Virus record (IMG/VR): IMGVR_UViG_3300038461_000154
Length of the DNA stretch: 64,000 nucleotides
DNA from: an uncultured virus (IMG/VR IMGVR_UViG_3300038461_000154)
Lineage: Duplodnaviria; Heunggongvirae; Uroviricota; Caudoviricetes
Reading direction: 5' to 3' (one strand)
Program-made: the position numbers and the translations under genes
Notes under the pieces: model-generated
Told to the model about the DNA's origin: nothing
Databases searched by the model: none
What the model saw: only the letters and a program-made list of their open reading frames with translations
Shown: positions 8,433-17,785 of the stretch, in pieces
Layout of the letters: every line of letters starts with the position of its first letter
Position numbering within the stretch: the first letter of the stretch is position 1

Positions 8433-9410
8433 GTGCGGCTGAATGAGATAGGTTTTTATACCTTAAACGATGAGAGAGCGCAGAACATAAGCACAAGTTC
8501 TCCTCTTTGGAGAGCCTGTTTTTTAGTAACTTCTCGTTGTAATTTTTCTTGTGCCTATTGCAACGGTCTTAGTTGTGACAAAGACCTAGACTTCGATGTT
8601 TTCAAAACCATTCTGGCTGATATGTGTAATAACCACAGTCTCAAGAACATCCGTTTTTCAGGAGGTGAACCAACACTTCATCCCCAACTTTTAGATATGG
8701 TCAAAGAAGCGCGCAGCTATAAGTGCATTGACAGAATTGCTGTCTCCACTAACGGTTCTGCCGATTTGAATTACTACAAACAAATCATAGCTGCCGGTGT
8801 AAATGACTTCTCCATTTCTTGTGATACGTGTGACTCAGTTGTGGGCAGAGAATTAGCCGGTTGTCAAGATACTACGTGGCACAAAGTCATTTCTAATATC
8901 ACAGAGTTGAGTAAGCTGACGTATGTGATACTTGGCATTACCATCAATGAAAAGAACTGCCACAACATAAAACAGATTCTTGAATTTGCCGATTCCCTTG
9001 GTGTGGCAGATATGAAACTATCTACTTCAACCCATTGGAACAAGCCAATCCCGAACCTTGAAACCATACCCGAACAAATACTTAATAGGCATCCGATTTT
9101 GAAGTACCGCGTTTCACACTTCAAGAAAGGGCGTAATGTACGTGGCTTGACAGAACATGATTGCCATAAATGCTTGTTAGTACAAGATGATATTATCATT
9201 GTGGGTGATAAGCATTACGCCTGTATCGTTCAAGCCCGCGAAAGGGCGTCTGCTATTGGAAAACTAGCCTCAGTTGCTCAAATGCGCAAGGAACGCTTAG
9301 AATGGGCTATGGCGAGAGATACCTTTGAAGACCCTGTTTGTAAGCATTTTTGTATGGATATTTTCATTGACTGCAACAATAGGATTTGCGAACTTCAAGG
9401 AAAAGTTTAG
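8433..9410 (+). CDS. Radical SAM protein (MoaA-like core)
   Basis: CxxxCxxC (CNFSCAYC), FSGGEP, STNG; extra C-terminal Cys. Confidence 0.9.
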   Translation: MRLNEIGFYTLNDERAQNISTSSPLWRACFLVTSRCNFSCAYCNGLSCDKDLDFDVFKTILADMCNNHSLKNIRFSGGEPTLHPQLLDMVKEARSYKCIDRIAVSTNGSADLNYYKQIIAAGVNDFSISCDTCDSVVGRELAGCQDTTWHKVISNITELSKLTYVILGITINEKNCHNIKQILEFADSLGVADMKLSTSTHWNKPIPNLETIPEQILNRHPILKYRVSHFKKGRNVRGLTEHDCHKCLLVQDDIIIVGDKHYACIVQARERASAIGKLASVAQMRKERLEWAMARDTFEDPVCKHFCMDIFIDCNNRICELQGKV

Positions 9411-9424
9411 AATTTGGTGAGTAG

Positions 9425-9433
9425 TTGACGATA
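9425..9433 (+). promoter_or_regulatory. TTGACGATA promoter motif
   Basis: AAGGAG and ATG 9460 follow. Confidence 0.7.
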
Positions 9434-9459
9434 CAAAGGCAGAAAAGGAGAAGTTTACA

Positions 9460-9957
9460 ATGGCCACGATAGCGATTACATTTGACGAAGCGAAGAGAGA
9501 TTTTCCCAACGCTGTCCAACAAATTCTTAACGAAATACAGGCATCTAAGACCAAAGCTAAGACTACTTCACCTGATAAGTACAAGTGGAGCATCCGATGG
9601 TGTACGAGAATTGAATGTAGCCCGAATCCTTTTCAACCGGGATATGACCATGCAGCCGAATTGAAAAAAGACGAAGAAGAACGCAAGTGGACGGTTCAAC
9701 AGCGCGTGGATGATTATGTGAAGCGTTCTAGTTTCGGGTTGGAAGCTATATGTAAGCGAAGCTGGTATGCAGAGCTTGATTCAACACCGAAGCAAGCTAT
9801 TGACAAAATCACTGCCATGTTTGTAGAGGAAGTGGCCGAAGAGCAGCACGTTGATTCTTTGACGCCAGAACAACGCGAAGCCGAAGTAGCCGACATTCTT
9901 CAAAAGCTTACAGGCCAGCCGGGTTTCATGGCTGTACGGATTCCTACTAAACCGTAA
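9460..9957 (+). CDS. Hypothetical protein
   Basis: RBS and promoter. Confidence 0.75.
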   Translation: MATIAITFDEAKRDFPNAVQQILNEIQASKTKAKTTSPDKYKWSIRWCTRIECSPNPFQPGYDHAAELKKDEEERKWTVQQRVDDYVKRSSFGLEAICKRSWYAELDSTPKQAIDKITAMFVEEVAEEQHVDSLTPEQREAEVADILQKLTGQPGFMAVRIPTKP

Positions 9958-9973
9958 TAGAGGGATAAGACAA

Positions 9974-10276
9974 ATGTACGTGGTTCTTCAAGTTTCTATG
10001 AATGTCAGTCCTGTCTATATTTCATACGGGCCGATGTCAGAACAAGAGGCCGCAGTTTTGGAATTTGAAGCAAAGCGACGGCAGGAAGAATCTGACCCGG
10101 AACATAGGGTTTGGAGTTGGAACACAAAAGATAAACCAGCTAGTGACTACATAATTCATTCAAAAGAAGAACTCGTTGAAGAGTTGAAAGCCGAACAAAA
10201 AGAAAACGAAACAAAGTCTAATCGGCTCAAAGATGTTCTAAAGACGTTAAACCTTCGCGGATACTGTGTGTTCTAA
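9974..10276 (+). CDS. Hypothetical protein
   Basis: RBS GAGG; converges on minus-strand cluster. Confidence 0.65.
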   Translation: MYVVLQVSMNVSPVYISYGPMSEQEAAVLEFEAKRRQEESDPEHRVWSWNTKDKPASDYIIHSKEELVEELKAEQKENETKSNRLKDVLKTLNLRGYCVF

Positions 10277-10477
10277 GACGTATGGGCAATCATCGGCAAT
10301 TTCCATGTGGTAAAACCATTCGCTTACATATCCATTTTCTATTGTGCTTTCCCCTGCTATATATTGAAAATACTTTTTCTTCCCGCAAATCCAATACGTT
10401 AACCCCACATTTGGCTTATCTATTTCAAGATGATGACAGCGAATACAGATTTGTCTTTCAGCTATAACGTTTCTCAT
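10247..10477 (-). CDS. MLNK/CPYxLE family member
   Basis: QICIRC...DDCPYVLEH. Confidence 0.8.
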   Translation of the reverse strand: MRNVIAERQICIRCHHLEIDKPNVGLTYWICGKKKYFQYIAGESTIENGYVSEWFYHMEIADDCPYVLEHTVSAKV

Positions 10478-10481
10478 AGTT

Positions 10482-10787
10482 TTAATCCCAAAAGTCTAAC
10501 CTAATCCAGCAATATCGGTAGTAATAATAGACAACCAAATCAAAAAAATTAGGCTTATAGACTGTTTGTTCTAAGAGATAACAGCAGTTCTCTGGTGGTG
10601 TTTCGGTTACTGATAAGCTTTGGTAAAAATCGTTTGACAGATAGCAGGGGCATTTACCTTCGGCCCACATATCGTAGAAGAATCTGAATTCTGTTTTCCG
10701 GTCAAGATACATGCCTGGACCATACCGTGCATCTTCTTCTTCAATGTGGCGAAGGTAACAGCGTTTACAAAGCTTCTTGTTTAACAT
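10482..10787 (-). CDS. MLNK/CPYxLE family member
   Basis: MLNKKLCKRC...PPENCCYLLEQ, aromatic tail. Confidence 0.85.
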   Translation of the reverse strand: MLNKKLCKRCYLRHIEEEDARYGPGMYLDRKTEFRFFYDMWAEGKCPCYLSNDFYQSLSVTETPPENCCYLLEQTVYKPNFFDLVVYYYYRYCWIRLDFWD

Positions 10788-11040
10788 ATTCTTGTCCCTG
10801 TAGCATTTGTTCAAGCAAGTACGGACATTTCATAGGCGGTTCGTTTTGAATAGGGAGTGCATCACAATGAGTAGTTGGTTCACCATTAACAGAACTAAAA
10901 AAAGAACATGCGCATATCCCCTTCAACCAATTTTTATTGAAATTTGTTGTCCAATGTTCTTCCCAACTATTATGAAATTTTGGGTATTGCGCGATACTCG
11001 TTTTCATAAAACATTTGAAGCATATTTTTTTATTTAACAT
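10765..11040 (-). CDS. MLNK/CPYxLE family member
   Basis: MLNKKICFKC...PPMKCPYLLEQ. Confidence 0.85.
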   Translation of the reverse strand: MLNKKICFKCFMKTSIAQYPKFHNSWEEHWTTNFNKNWLKGICACSFFSSVNGEPTTHCDALPIQNEPPMKCPYLLEQMLQGQEYVKQEAL

Positions 11041-11285
11041 ATTTTGTCCCCCTGTAGCATTCGTTCAAGAATATAAGGGCATTCCTTTGGTGGCTCCTCA
11101 TAAATATCTATCAAAACCGGCTGTAGCTTCGTGTCGTTTATAAGGTCACAAGTACATTTGCCTTCATACCATCGTCTCTCAAAAGATTCAACATGCGTCT
11201 TTGCAAAGCTCTTATCAAATATATTACCAAACCACTCTTGGCGAGATTTCATAAAGCATTTCTGGCACAATTTTTTGTTTAACAT
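11034..11285 (-). CDS. MLNK/CPYxLE family member
   Basis: MLNKKLCQKC...PPKECPYILER. Confidence 0.85.
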   Translation of the reverse strand: MLNKKLCQKCFMKSRQEWFGNIFDKSFAKTHVESFERRWYEGKCTCDLINDTKLQPVLIDIYEEPPKECPYILERMLQGDKIC

Positions 11286-11302
11286 GGCTTATTTAACCTT
11301 GC

Positions 11303-11527
11303 TTATTGTATCGTCTTTTTCTTCGATTCTTCTAGTGTCTGTTCAAGAATGAAAGGACATTTTACAGGAACGGCATCTGCAAATGCTTCTTCTAGTGTTT
11401 GTTTAAAACACATGATTCTTCTCTCAATAGGTTCTGGATTACCAAGAATGCGAGTCTCCGTTCCCCAATGATGAAGACACTTGCTACAGATATCCGGTTG
11501 GCGTTTCAATATCTCAATCATCGGCAT
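11303..11527 (-). CDS. MLNK/CPYxLE family member
   Basis: DICSKC...PVKCPFILEQ. Confidence 0.8.
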   Translation of the reverse strand: MPMIEILKRQPDICSKCLHHWGTETRILGNPEPIERRIMCFKQTLEEAFADAVPVKCPFILEQTLEESKKKTIQ

Positions 11528-11741
11528 TCACCATTTGTTCCATAAGATACTGGCATCCTTCTGGAATTTTACCATCAATGCTAATTCGTTTTCCCGCCAC
11601 ATGACAATGTAGCACCCGGTCATTCCAATTGATTTGAAACAAAATGTTCCCAAGACCACTGCTAGTGCCGTCGTTCTTTCGGTGCGGCCTATTGTTTTCA
11701 TGCCTTTTTCGGCATTTAGAACAAATCTGTTTCACCAACAT
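11514..11741 (-). CDS. MLNK/CPYxLE family member
   Basis: MLVKQICSKC...PEGCQYLMEQ. Confidence 0.85.
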   Translation of the reverse strand: MLVKQICSKCRKRHENNRPHRKNDGTSSGLGNILFQINWNDRVLHCHVAGKRISIDGKIPEGCQYLMEQMVNADD

Positions 11742-11811
11742 TCGTTTTACCTTTCTCTAAACCCTTGAACTTCCTTACCTTATGTATCGTACAAATTCAA
11801 GAGATTTTTCA

Positions 11812-11900
11812 GTGAACTACGACAAATTAATTACTACGTCGCTTCTTCTCTTCACAGGGCTTAGTTGACTACCTAAATCCCTCCGAGAAGCTTTGTTTAT
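11812..11900 (-). ncRNA. TnpB omega/reRNA scaffold, 3' part (5' end undefined)
   Basis: Over 50 nt identical between the two tnpB copies at the CDS end; hairpin before the right end. Confidence 0.65.
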
Positions 11901-13010
11901 CCTCTGTCCGCATTCCAGCAGATGGAGTAATGCAAATTGTTTGATATTCTTAGCTGCATTCACATCCCTATCATGTTTGGCACCACAAATAGGGCAAATC
12001 CATTCTCTCTGGTTTAAAGTCAATTGGTTATTCACAAAGCCGCAATTAGAACACATCTTAGACGAAGGCTCAAATCGGCCTATCATTAGAATGTTCTTGC
12101 CATACCAATCAGCCTTGTATTCTAACTGCCTCCTGAACTCAGACCATGCTATATCAGAGATGAATTTTGCTAAACAATGATTTTTGAGCATGTTGCCTAC
12201 AGCAAGGTCTTCCAAACAAATAGATTGGTTCTCTCTTATCAGTTTAGAAGATGCCTTGTGCAAGAAATCTTTTCTTTGGTTTTTAATCCTTTCGTGTATG
12301 AGAGCTAGTTTTAGTTTTTGTCTCGCGTAATTTTTACTGCACTTTTTCTTTTTGCTTAACTTGCGTTGATGATGTTTTACCCTTTGTTCTCTGCTTTTTT
12401 TGAATTCGGGGTTATAAATTTTATTACCGTCAGAAGTAATACAAAAATCTTTAATTCCAAGGTCTAAACCTATTGTCTTATTTGGATTGACTTTTGGCTT
12501 ACTAGGCAATTCTCTACTATTATCCACAAGAATAGAAACGAAATATTTACCAGTGGAAGTTTTGTTTACCGTTGTGGTTTTAATAGTGCCTTCAAACTTG
12601 CGATGAAGAATAGCTGGTATATTTGGAAGTTTAGGCAAAGTAATCAAGTTATTATCGAAGTCAACTCTAACAGCTTGCGGACATTGGAACCTACGAACTG
12701 AACGACTCTTCGATTTGAATTTGGGGAAAGCAGTTCTCTTTTGAAAGAATGAAGTAAAAGCATTGTCTAAGTTTCTTAATGGCATTTGGAGAGATTGCGC
12801 ATTGACTTCTTTTAACCAAGGATTTTGTTCTTTTAACTCTGGCAACTGATTCATCAAAGTCATGCAAGTGAGTTTTTTACCTTGGCTATGAGCTTTTATA
12901 CGTTGTTCAAGACCCCAATTATAGATGAACCTTGAACACCCAAAATGTTGTTCCATAAGAGCCTTCTGAGGCTCGGTTGGATAAATCTGGTATTTATAAG
13001 CCTTTAACAT
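11817..13010 (-). CDS. tnpB: RNA-guided endonuclease TnpB
   Basis: N-terminal KAYKYQIYPT HTH; RuvC D (GLDLG), E (LEDL), D (DRDVNAA); CSNC/CPIC zinc finger. Confidence 0.95.
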   Translation of the reverse strand: MLKAYKYQIYPTEPQKALMEQHFGCSRFIYNWGLEQRIKAHSQGKKLTCMTLMNQLPELKEQNPWLKEVNAQSLQMPLRNLDNAFTSFFQKRTAFPKFKSKSRSVRRFQCPQAVRVDFDNNLITLPKLPNIPAILHRKFEGTIKTTTVNKTSTGKYFVSILVDNSRELPSKPKVNPNKTIGLDLGIKDFCITSDGNKIYNPEFKKSREQRVKHHQRKLSKKKKCSKNYARQKLKLALIHERIKNQRKDFLHKASSKLIRENQSICLEDLAVGNMLKNHCLAKFISDIAWSEFRRQLEYKADWYGKNILMIGRFEPSSKMCSNCGFVNNQLTLNQREWICPICGAKHDRDVNAAKNIKQFALLHLLECGQRINKASRRDLGSQLSPVKRRSDVVINLS

Positions 13011-13137
13011 AATTTGTTTCCTACACAATCATTGTACACTCTGTAGTTATAAAATATCAAAAAATTATGAAAATTAACTTTTTTCAATAGAAAAATGGAA
13101 AAATTACGATACATTAGTGGCACAAGGAGGCTGGAAC

Positions 13138-13302
13138 ATGCCATTGGTTTACTTGATGGATAAGGCAAAAGAGTACCGTGACAGCTACGCACGAAGTGGC
13201 GTTACGGATGTTGCAACTCTTGAAGCCATTTACGTTTCTCATTTGGCTTGGCTCATCAATGACGTGATTCGAAAGAGCCGGGAAAGGGAAAACAATGGCT
13301 AG
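13138..13302 (+). CDS. Hypothetical protein
   Basis: Variant promoter TTACGATACATT at 13104, RBS AAGGAGG. Confidence 0.7.
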   Translation: MPLVYLMDKAKEYRDSYARSGVTDVATLEAIYVSHLAWLINDVIRKSRERENNG

Positions 13303-13555
13303 GCATCCTGAAAGAAACGACGTGATTGGAATGGAAACCAACAATTTCGCCAATATGTTGTTCAGACGACTAAGCGAAAAAATTACTGACGCTAGTGTTC
13401 AAGCCATTTGCGCCAAGCACAATCTCAAAGAGCTTCCTGAAAATCTTGAAGCACCTGAGAACATTATAATTGTAGATGATTTCTTTACCGAAATGCATAA
13501 GCGGGAAAACAATCTACTTGCAGCCTTGTTAAAAATCGCGGAAGGAAGTGGCTAA
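13295..13555 (+). CDS. Hypothetical protein
   Basis: Overlapping gene run. Confidence 0.65.
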   Translation: MARHPERNDVIGMETNNFANMLFRRLSEKITDASVQAICAKHNLKELPENLEAPENIIIVDDFFTEMHKRENNLLAALLKIAEGSG

Positions 13556-13836
13556 TGCGTAAAACAATCAGAGAGCTTGAAGAGAATGCCAAAAACGCAG
13601 CAAGGGCACAGGCAGCTAAGCGCGCAAAGCTGGAAAAAAAGCACGCCGAGCAGTTCAATCGTTGCCGCTGTATGAGTTTCGTTTCTAAGCCTCAGACGGA
13701 ATGTGATTACTGTGTTTTAGCAAAATATGGTTTGTCTAAACACATCACATACGATTCATTAGACCATTTGTGTATGAAAGAATTGTTGCCATTTGATGAG
13801 GTAGTTGCGGCATTGCGGAAGGCTGAAAGTAAATAG
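13555..13836 (+). CDS. Hypothetical protein
   Basis: TAATG overlap. Confidence 0.65.
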   Translation: MRKTIRELEENAKNAARAQAAKRAKLEKKHAEQFNRCRCMSFVSKPQTECDYCVLAKYGLSKHITYDSLDHLCMKELLPFDEVVAALRKAESK

Positions 13837-13866
13837 TCTTCACATTTTTAGAAAGGGTTAAAGCAC

Positions 13867-14505
13867 ATGTCAAAAGAGAGCGTAGACCTTTATTTCCAAG
13901 AAGGTACGAGCGACAAGCAATACAAATGTTCCATTGATGAACAAGGTAGCGGGTTCGTTGTGAACTTCGCTTTTGGCAGGCGTGGCAGCGTCCTCAAAGA
14001 AGGAACTAAAACACCTTCGCCTGTCTTGTTTGATGAAGCCAAGAGAATCTACGATAAGATTGTTGGCGAAAAGACAGCAAAGGGATACTCTGCCGGTGGT
14101 GCTACTGCTCAAAATAGCGGCAGTGCTTTTTCATACAAGACGCTCACACAGGCACAAATTGATGCTGCTCTTGATGACAATGGCGAATCAGAAGACGGAT
14201 ATGCAGCCATTGAAACTACGGTTGCTGACCTTGCCGCTAATGGAATCGGAACTTCTTGTGGCAAAGTCGGGAACAAGTGTTTTGCTGCACTCCTCAAAGC
14301 TGGTTTTGGTGCTCGAAAATGCCGTGGATGGTATGATGACGGCTCAAGACATGATGAAAAAGCAGTCTGTGGTATGTTCCACATTGAATGTTCAAGTGAT
14401 GCCGAAGCAGAAAAGATTTGTCACATTGCCGACAAAGGTGATGGTTCGTTGCGTCCTGATGGTCCTTCGTTGTGGAAAGGCTTTTACGAGTTTGAAATTG
14501 AGTGA
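13867..14505 (+). CDS. WGR-domain protein
   Basis: LYFQEGTSDKQY...VNFAFGRRG...G..KT...EA...YDK...EK..KGY. Confidence 0.8.
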   Translation: MSKESVDLYFQEGTSDKQYKCSIDEQGSGFVVNFAFGRRGSVLKEGTKTPSPVLFDEAKRIYDKIVGEKTAKGYSAGGATAQNSGSAFSYKTLTQAQIDAALDDNGESEDGYAAIETTVADLAANGIGTSCGKVGNKCFAALLKAGFGARKCRGWYDDGSRHDEKAVCGMFHIECSSDAEAEKICHIADKGDGSLRPDGPSLWKGFYEFEIE

Positions 14506-14539
14506 GACACAAAAGGGAAACAAACCCAAGGAGAATCAG

Positions 14540-14752
14540 ATGTCACAGAAAGATATGCCCGAAGGAGCAAAAGCTGCCATCGGTGCAGGTACAGGAGCAG
14601 CCGCAGGAGCAGTAACCGCAGCAGCAGTCGGCAACGGTGGACTCGTAATTGCTGGTACGGCTGTTGCTGTGACTGCTACACCAATCATTGCCGCTGGTGT
14701 TATAATCGGACTGGCAAGTTATGGTGTTGGAAAAGTGTTTAAGTGGTGGTGA
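14540..14752 (+). CDS. Small Gly/Ala-zipper membrane protein
   Basis: RBS AAGGAG; GAGTGAAAG... hydrophobic stretch. Confidence 0.7.
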   Translation: MSQKDMPEGAKAAIGAGTGAAAGAVTAAAVGNGGLVIAGTAVAVTATPIIAAGVIIGLASYGVGKVFKWW

Positions 14753-14783
14753 GAAAAACAGAAACCAATACAAAGGAACTAGA

Positions 14784-15083
14784 ATGACTCTCTCTATTTG
14801 GAAGTTTGAACTGCCGGTTACCGATTCTTTTGCGCTTGAGATGCCCAAAGGCGCTGTGATTCTAACCGTTCAATGCCAACGCGATGAACCAATGTTTTGG
14901 GCCAAGGTAAATCCCAAAGCTCCAAAAGAACTACGGTACTTCAGAATCATTGGTACAGGTCATCCCTTTTCTTCTGACGAGAACCTGAAGTATGTTGGTA
15001 GTTGTCAACAAGGAGGCGGCTGTCTTGTTTGGCATGTGTTTGAATCACCTGTCGCCAGTTCTACAAAGCCGTCAAATAACTAA
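14784..15083 (+). CDS. Conserved phage hypothetical protein (IWKF...MP.GA.IL.V...GTGH...YVG...VWHVFE)
   Basis: Motif pattern recognised from phage proteins; RBS AAGGA. Confidence 0.75.
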   Translation: MTLSIWKFELPVTDSFALEMPKGAVILTVQCQRDEPMFWAKVNPKAPKELRYFRIIGTGHPFSSDENLKYVGSCQQGGGCLVWHVFESPVASSTKPSNN

Positions 15084-15124
15084 GGAAGGCGATTTTTCTT
15101 TCCCAAAATGAAAGGGCAGTTACA

Positions 15125-15607
15125 ATGAAACGAAAATTGAAAAAGTGTCTGATTGCCGATGGTCAAGTCTATGAGCGGAAGAAGTGGATTTCGGCTAACC
15201 ATGCCAACAAGATGGTAGTTGTCCTCTTCAGCTTTTATTCTGAAAACCTTCCAATTAAAGAAGCTGCCATTTGTCTATTGGAAGTCGAAAAGATTGCACT
15301 CAAAAAGGGCTATAAGGACATCCGTTTACAAAGGCATCAAACCGATTGCGGAACTGTTGTTTGCTTGCCCGATGGAAAGTCAATGAATTTTTCAATGCCT
15401 GAAGTTTGTGTCATTGGTTACCGCAATTTTAGCAAAGAAGAAAAAGCAGAGCAGAAAACTAAAGAAGAAAAAGCACGACTCGCAGAAATAGCATGGCGTG
15501 ATGATGTTTGCAACAAGATGGGATTTTACCCCGGCCATGGCAAAGATAAGAGAATTGTGCTGGTTGGTGGTGAACGACTTGAGAGCGGAAAGGTAAAGCG
15601 ATTGTGA
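15125..15607 (+). CDS. Hypothetical protein
   Basis: 160-aa ORF in gene run. Confidence 0.65.
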   Translation: MKRKLKKCLIADGQVYERKKWISANHANKMVVVLFSFYSENLPIKEAAICLLEVEKIALKKGYKDIRLQRHQTDCGTVVCLPDGKSMNFSMPEVCVIGYRNFSKEEKAEQKTKEEKARLAEIAWRDDVCNKMGFYPGHGKDKRIVLVGGERLESGKVKRL

Positions 15608-15770
15608 GAACGCATTGTTGGATGTGTGAAATTGCTAAAAGTAAACCAGTGCTAGGCTCTGATGGTTTTCACTATCATGGAAGAAGTCGTTGCAAAAATC
15701 GTAAATGGCGTGGTAAAGTCTATTACGGGAAAGACGACAAGTACCACAAAGCGAAAAAGGATAGCTAACA

Positions 15771-16004
15771 ATGATGCCTCTTACTGACGAACAACTACAG
15801 AAGCTTTCAACACAGCGATTGTTGAATCTTCTCGCTATAGCCCGTACTTTCAATAGCGGCTTTGAGTGGGAAGAAACCGATGATGACAAAGAAGAACGTT
15901 TGAATTATTTCGAGCGTATCAAGCGAGTCCTTGATACACGTCCTCACCATAACCGCGAAAAACGGAAGCCTTCAAAGTATGATAGAGTGACAAGGATGCG
16001 CTGA
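15771..16004 (+). CDS. Hypothetical protein
   Basis: RBS AAGGA. Confidence 0.65.
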   Translation: MMPLTDEQLQKLSTQRLLNLLAIARTFNSGFEWEETDDDKEERLNYFERIKRVLDTRPHHNREKRKPSKYDRVTRMR

Positions 16005-16005
16005 C

Positions 16006-16716
16006 ATGCTTGCTCCCGGCCAAGTGTGGATGAAGAAAAAACATTCGGTGGCTGTAGTACGCCAAATAATTAGCATTGAAGGCAAAAGGGTTCACTACCA
16101 AGTTTTGCACAATCCAACCAGAAGTCAACAAAAAAATGGAACCTGTCGCCTACAAACTTTCACTAGAGACTTTCATCAAATAGAACCTATGAAGGATTAC
16201 ACCCTTCTTGACGGTGCGAAACAATTTGATACTTATGTAGTGAACGCTACTTCCGGCAAACCTCTGTTCCGTTGCAATGAAAAACGTGCCCTATGGTATC
16301 TGAATAAAGGCTACGTGACTCAAGCTGGTGACCATCAACTTCAATTCAATAATGATGTGACAGAACAAAAGTTGCAACAGATATACAAAGGCAACTTCTC
16401 AGATTTCTTCATGGCAGTCAAAAATGACAAGTGCAATTGCTGTGGTAAAAAAGGAAGATTGAGCCGTCATCATATTATTCCACAGTGCTATAAGAAAAAG
16501 ATACCATTAGAGTGGCGGAAGCGCATTTCCAATGTGCTGTTTATCTGCATCGAATGCCATAAGAGTTATGACCACGAATGGGAACCACAAGAGCCAAACG
16601 TAAAAGAAGGAGAATTGTGGGAAGACTATATTTTGGCTTGGAAAAATCACTTTATGGAGGTAATGAAGCCCAAGTTCTTGCCAGCCGGTTGGGACATATT
16701 CACACAGCCAGTTTAG
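16006..16716 (+). CDS. HNH endonuclease-like protein (EXD2 C-terminal-like)
   Basis: CNCCG..GRLSRHHIIP..Y...NVLFICIECH; upstream C.EKRALWYL.KG. Confidence 0.75.
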   Translation: MLAPGQVWMKKKHSVAVVRQIISIEGKRVHYQVLHNPTRSQQKNGTCRLQTFTRDFHQIEPMKDYTLLDGAKQFDTYVVNATSGKPLFRCNEKRALWYLNKGYVTQAGDHQLQFNNDVTEQKLQQIYKGNFSDFFMAVKNDKCNCCGKKGRLSRHHIIPQCYKKKIPLEWRKRISNVLFICIECHKSYDHEWEPQEPNVKEGELWEDYILAWKNHFMEVMKPKFLPAGWDIFTQPV

Positions 16717-16741
16717 TAAGCCTATATCACACAATGATTTA
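16717..16741. promoter_or_regulatory. 25-bp imperfect palindrome TAAGCC-N13-GATTTA
   Basis: Intergenic, upstream of promoter 16776. Confidence 0.45.
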
Positions 16742-16775
16742 TAAGTTTCATTTTCATTGATAAAATCCTTACTTT

Positions 16776-16784
16776 TTGACGATA
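16776..16784 (+). promoter_or_regulatory. TTGACGATA promoter motif
   Basis: TTGATA-N20-TATATA; AAGGAGG and ATG 16812 follow. Confidence 0.7.
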
Positions 16785-16811
16785 TATAAAATAGAGCAAA
16801 AGGAGGTTTCA

Positions 16812-17237
16812 ATGCCAGTTAAACTGCCCATTTCACGACTACGAAAGCATTGTGACCCTTTTGTCAATTGTCCTTGGCACTGTGCTAAGATAACAAAAGA
16901 AGATGTTGCCAAAGCAATAACAGAAAAACGCTTTATTGACCATCCCGTAAAAGACGTATCCTCAAAAATGCACATTGAACGAATTGCATGGCTAGTCGTA
17001 AATTCGTGGAACGATGCTATTGAATTGGACATTGGAATACCTTCAATGGGTTGTTATGTCAATTGGTTCGTACAAGATGGAAACCACCGATTGGCAGCGG
17101 CTATTTATCGCCGGGATAAGAATATCCTATCTGGTGTTACTGGCAGTTTGGAGTATGCGCTAGAACTTTTTGGAGTAGATTGTGACGAGCGAAAAGCAAA
17201 AAGAAGCATAAGGATTTCAACGCGAAAGGTTTGCTAA
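16812..17237 (+). CDS. ParB/Srx-like domain protein
   Basis: VQDGNHRLAAA motif. Confidence 0.7.
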   Translation: MPVKLPISRLRKHCDPFVNCPWHCAKITKEDVAKAITEKRFIDHPVKDVSSKMHIERIAWLVVNSWNDAIELDIGIPSMGCYVNWFVQDGNHRLAAAIYRRDKNILSGVTGSLEYALELFGVDCDERKAKRSIRISTRKVC

Positions 17238-17239
17238 AA

Positions 17240-17731
17240 ATGGACTACAACAAAGTGCGGGAGAAGTGCAACGAAATCAAGAAACAGATTGAGGCGGCTG
17301 TTCTTGTTCTCGGAATCAATTTAAAAGAAGAGGGCGAGAATGGCGTTTACATCCATCTCAATGTTGACCCTATTCGCAAACATAGATATGGCGGCGAAGA
17401 CAAGGAATACGGAAGCCGCTTCTATGTCACAGTCGGCTATTATCGGCACAACAAAATCTTCCGAAAGAATCCGCTTCCCATTGATGAAATTGCTGCATTC
17501 ATCAAAGAGCGAATCTTTTATGGAAGAGAGAGCGTAAAAACTCAGAAAAAAGCAGATGACAGCCGTGAAGCGAATGACAAGCTTGCCAAAGAAATAAGCG
17601 AGAAGCATGGTCTTCGCTACGGTGTTTTGGATAGCGATTCAAGCGGTCTGATTATCAAGCTCGATTCTCTGAATGCTGAAAACGCCAACAAAGCTCTGAA
17701 TCTTCTCAAAGTGGCCGGAATCATAGAGTAG
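17240..17731 (+). CDS. Hypothetical protein
   Basis: RBS AAGG, in gene run. Confidence 0.7.
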   Translation: MDYNKVREKCNEIKKQIEAAVLVLGINLKEEGENGVYIHLNVDPIRKHRYGGEDKEYGSRFYVTVGYYRHNKIFRKNPLPIDEIAAFIKERIFYGRESVKTQKKADDSREANDKLAKEISEKHGLRYGVLDSDSSGLIIKLDSLNAENANKALNLLKVAGIIE

Positions 17732-17736
17732 ATTGA

Positions 17737-17777
17737 AGGAACATCTAGGAGTAATCTGATTCACCCTAGATGTTCCT
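17737..17777. terminator. 13-bp perfect inverted repeat between convergent genes
   Basis: AGGAACATCTAGG ... CCTAGATGTTCCT. Confidence 0.6.
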
Positions 17778-17785
17778 GTATGATT

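Larger units (their letters stand above)
11812..13066 (-). mobile_element. IS200/IS605-family (IS1341-type, TnpB-only) element, copy 1
   Basis: Ends inferred from similarity to copy 2: left TCAT|AATTTTTT.ATATT.TATA, right GTCGTAGTTCAC. Confidence 0.7.

Noticed and set aside
3253..9410. Family as RiPP precursors
   Set aside because: No cleavable leader pattern, protease or transporter. Conserved Cys at both ends with an aromatic core fits a folded metal-binding domain better.
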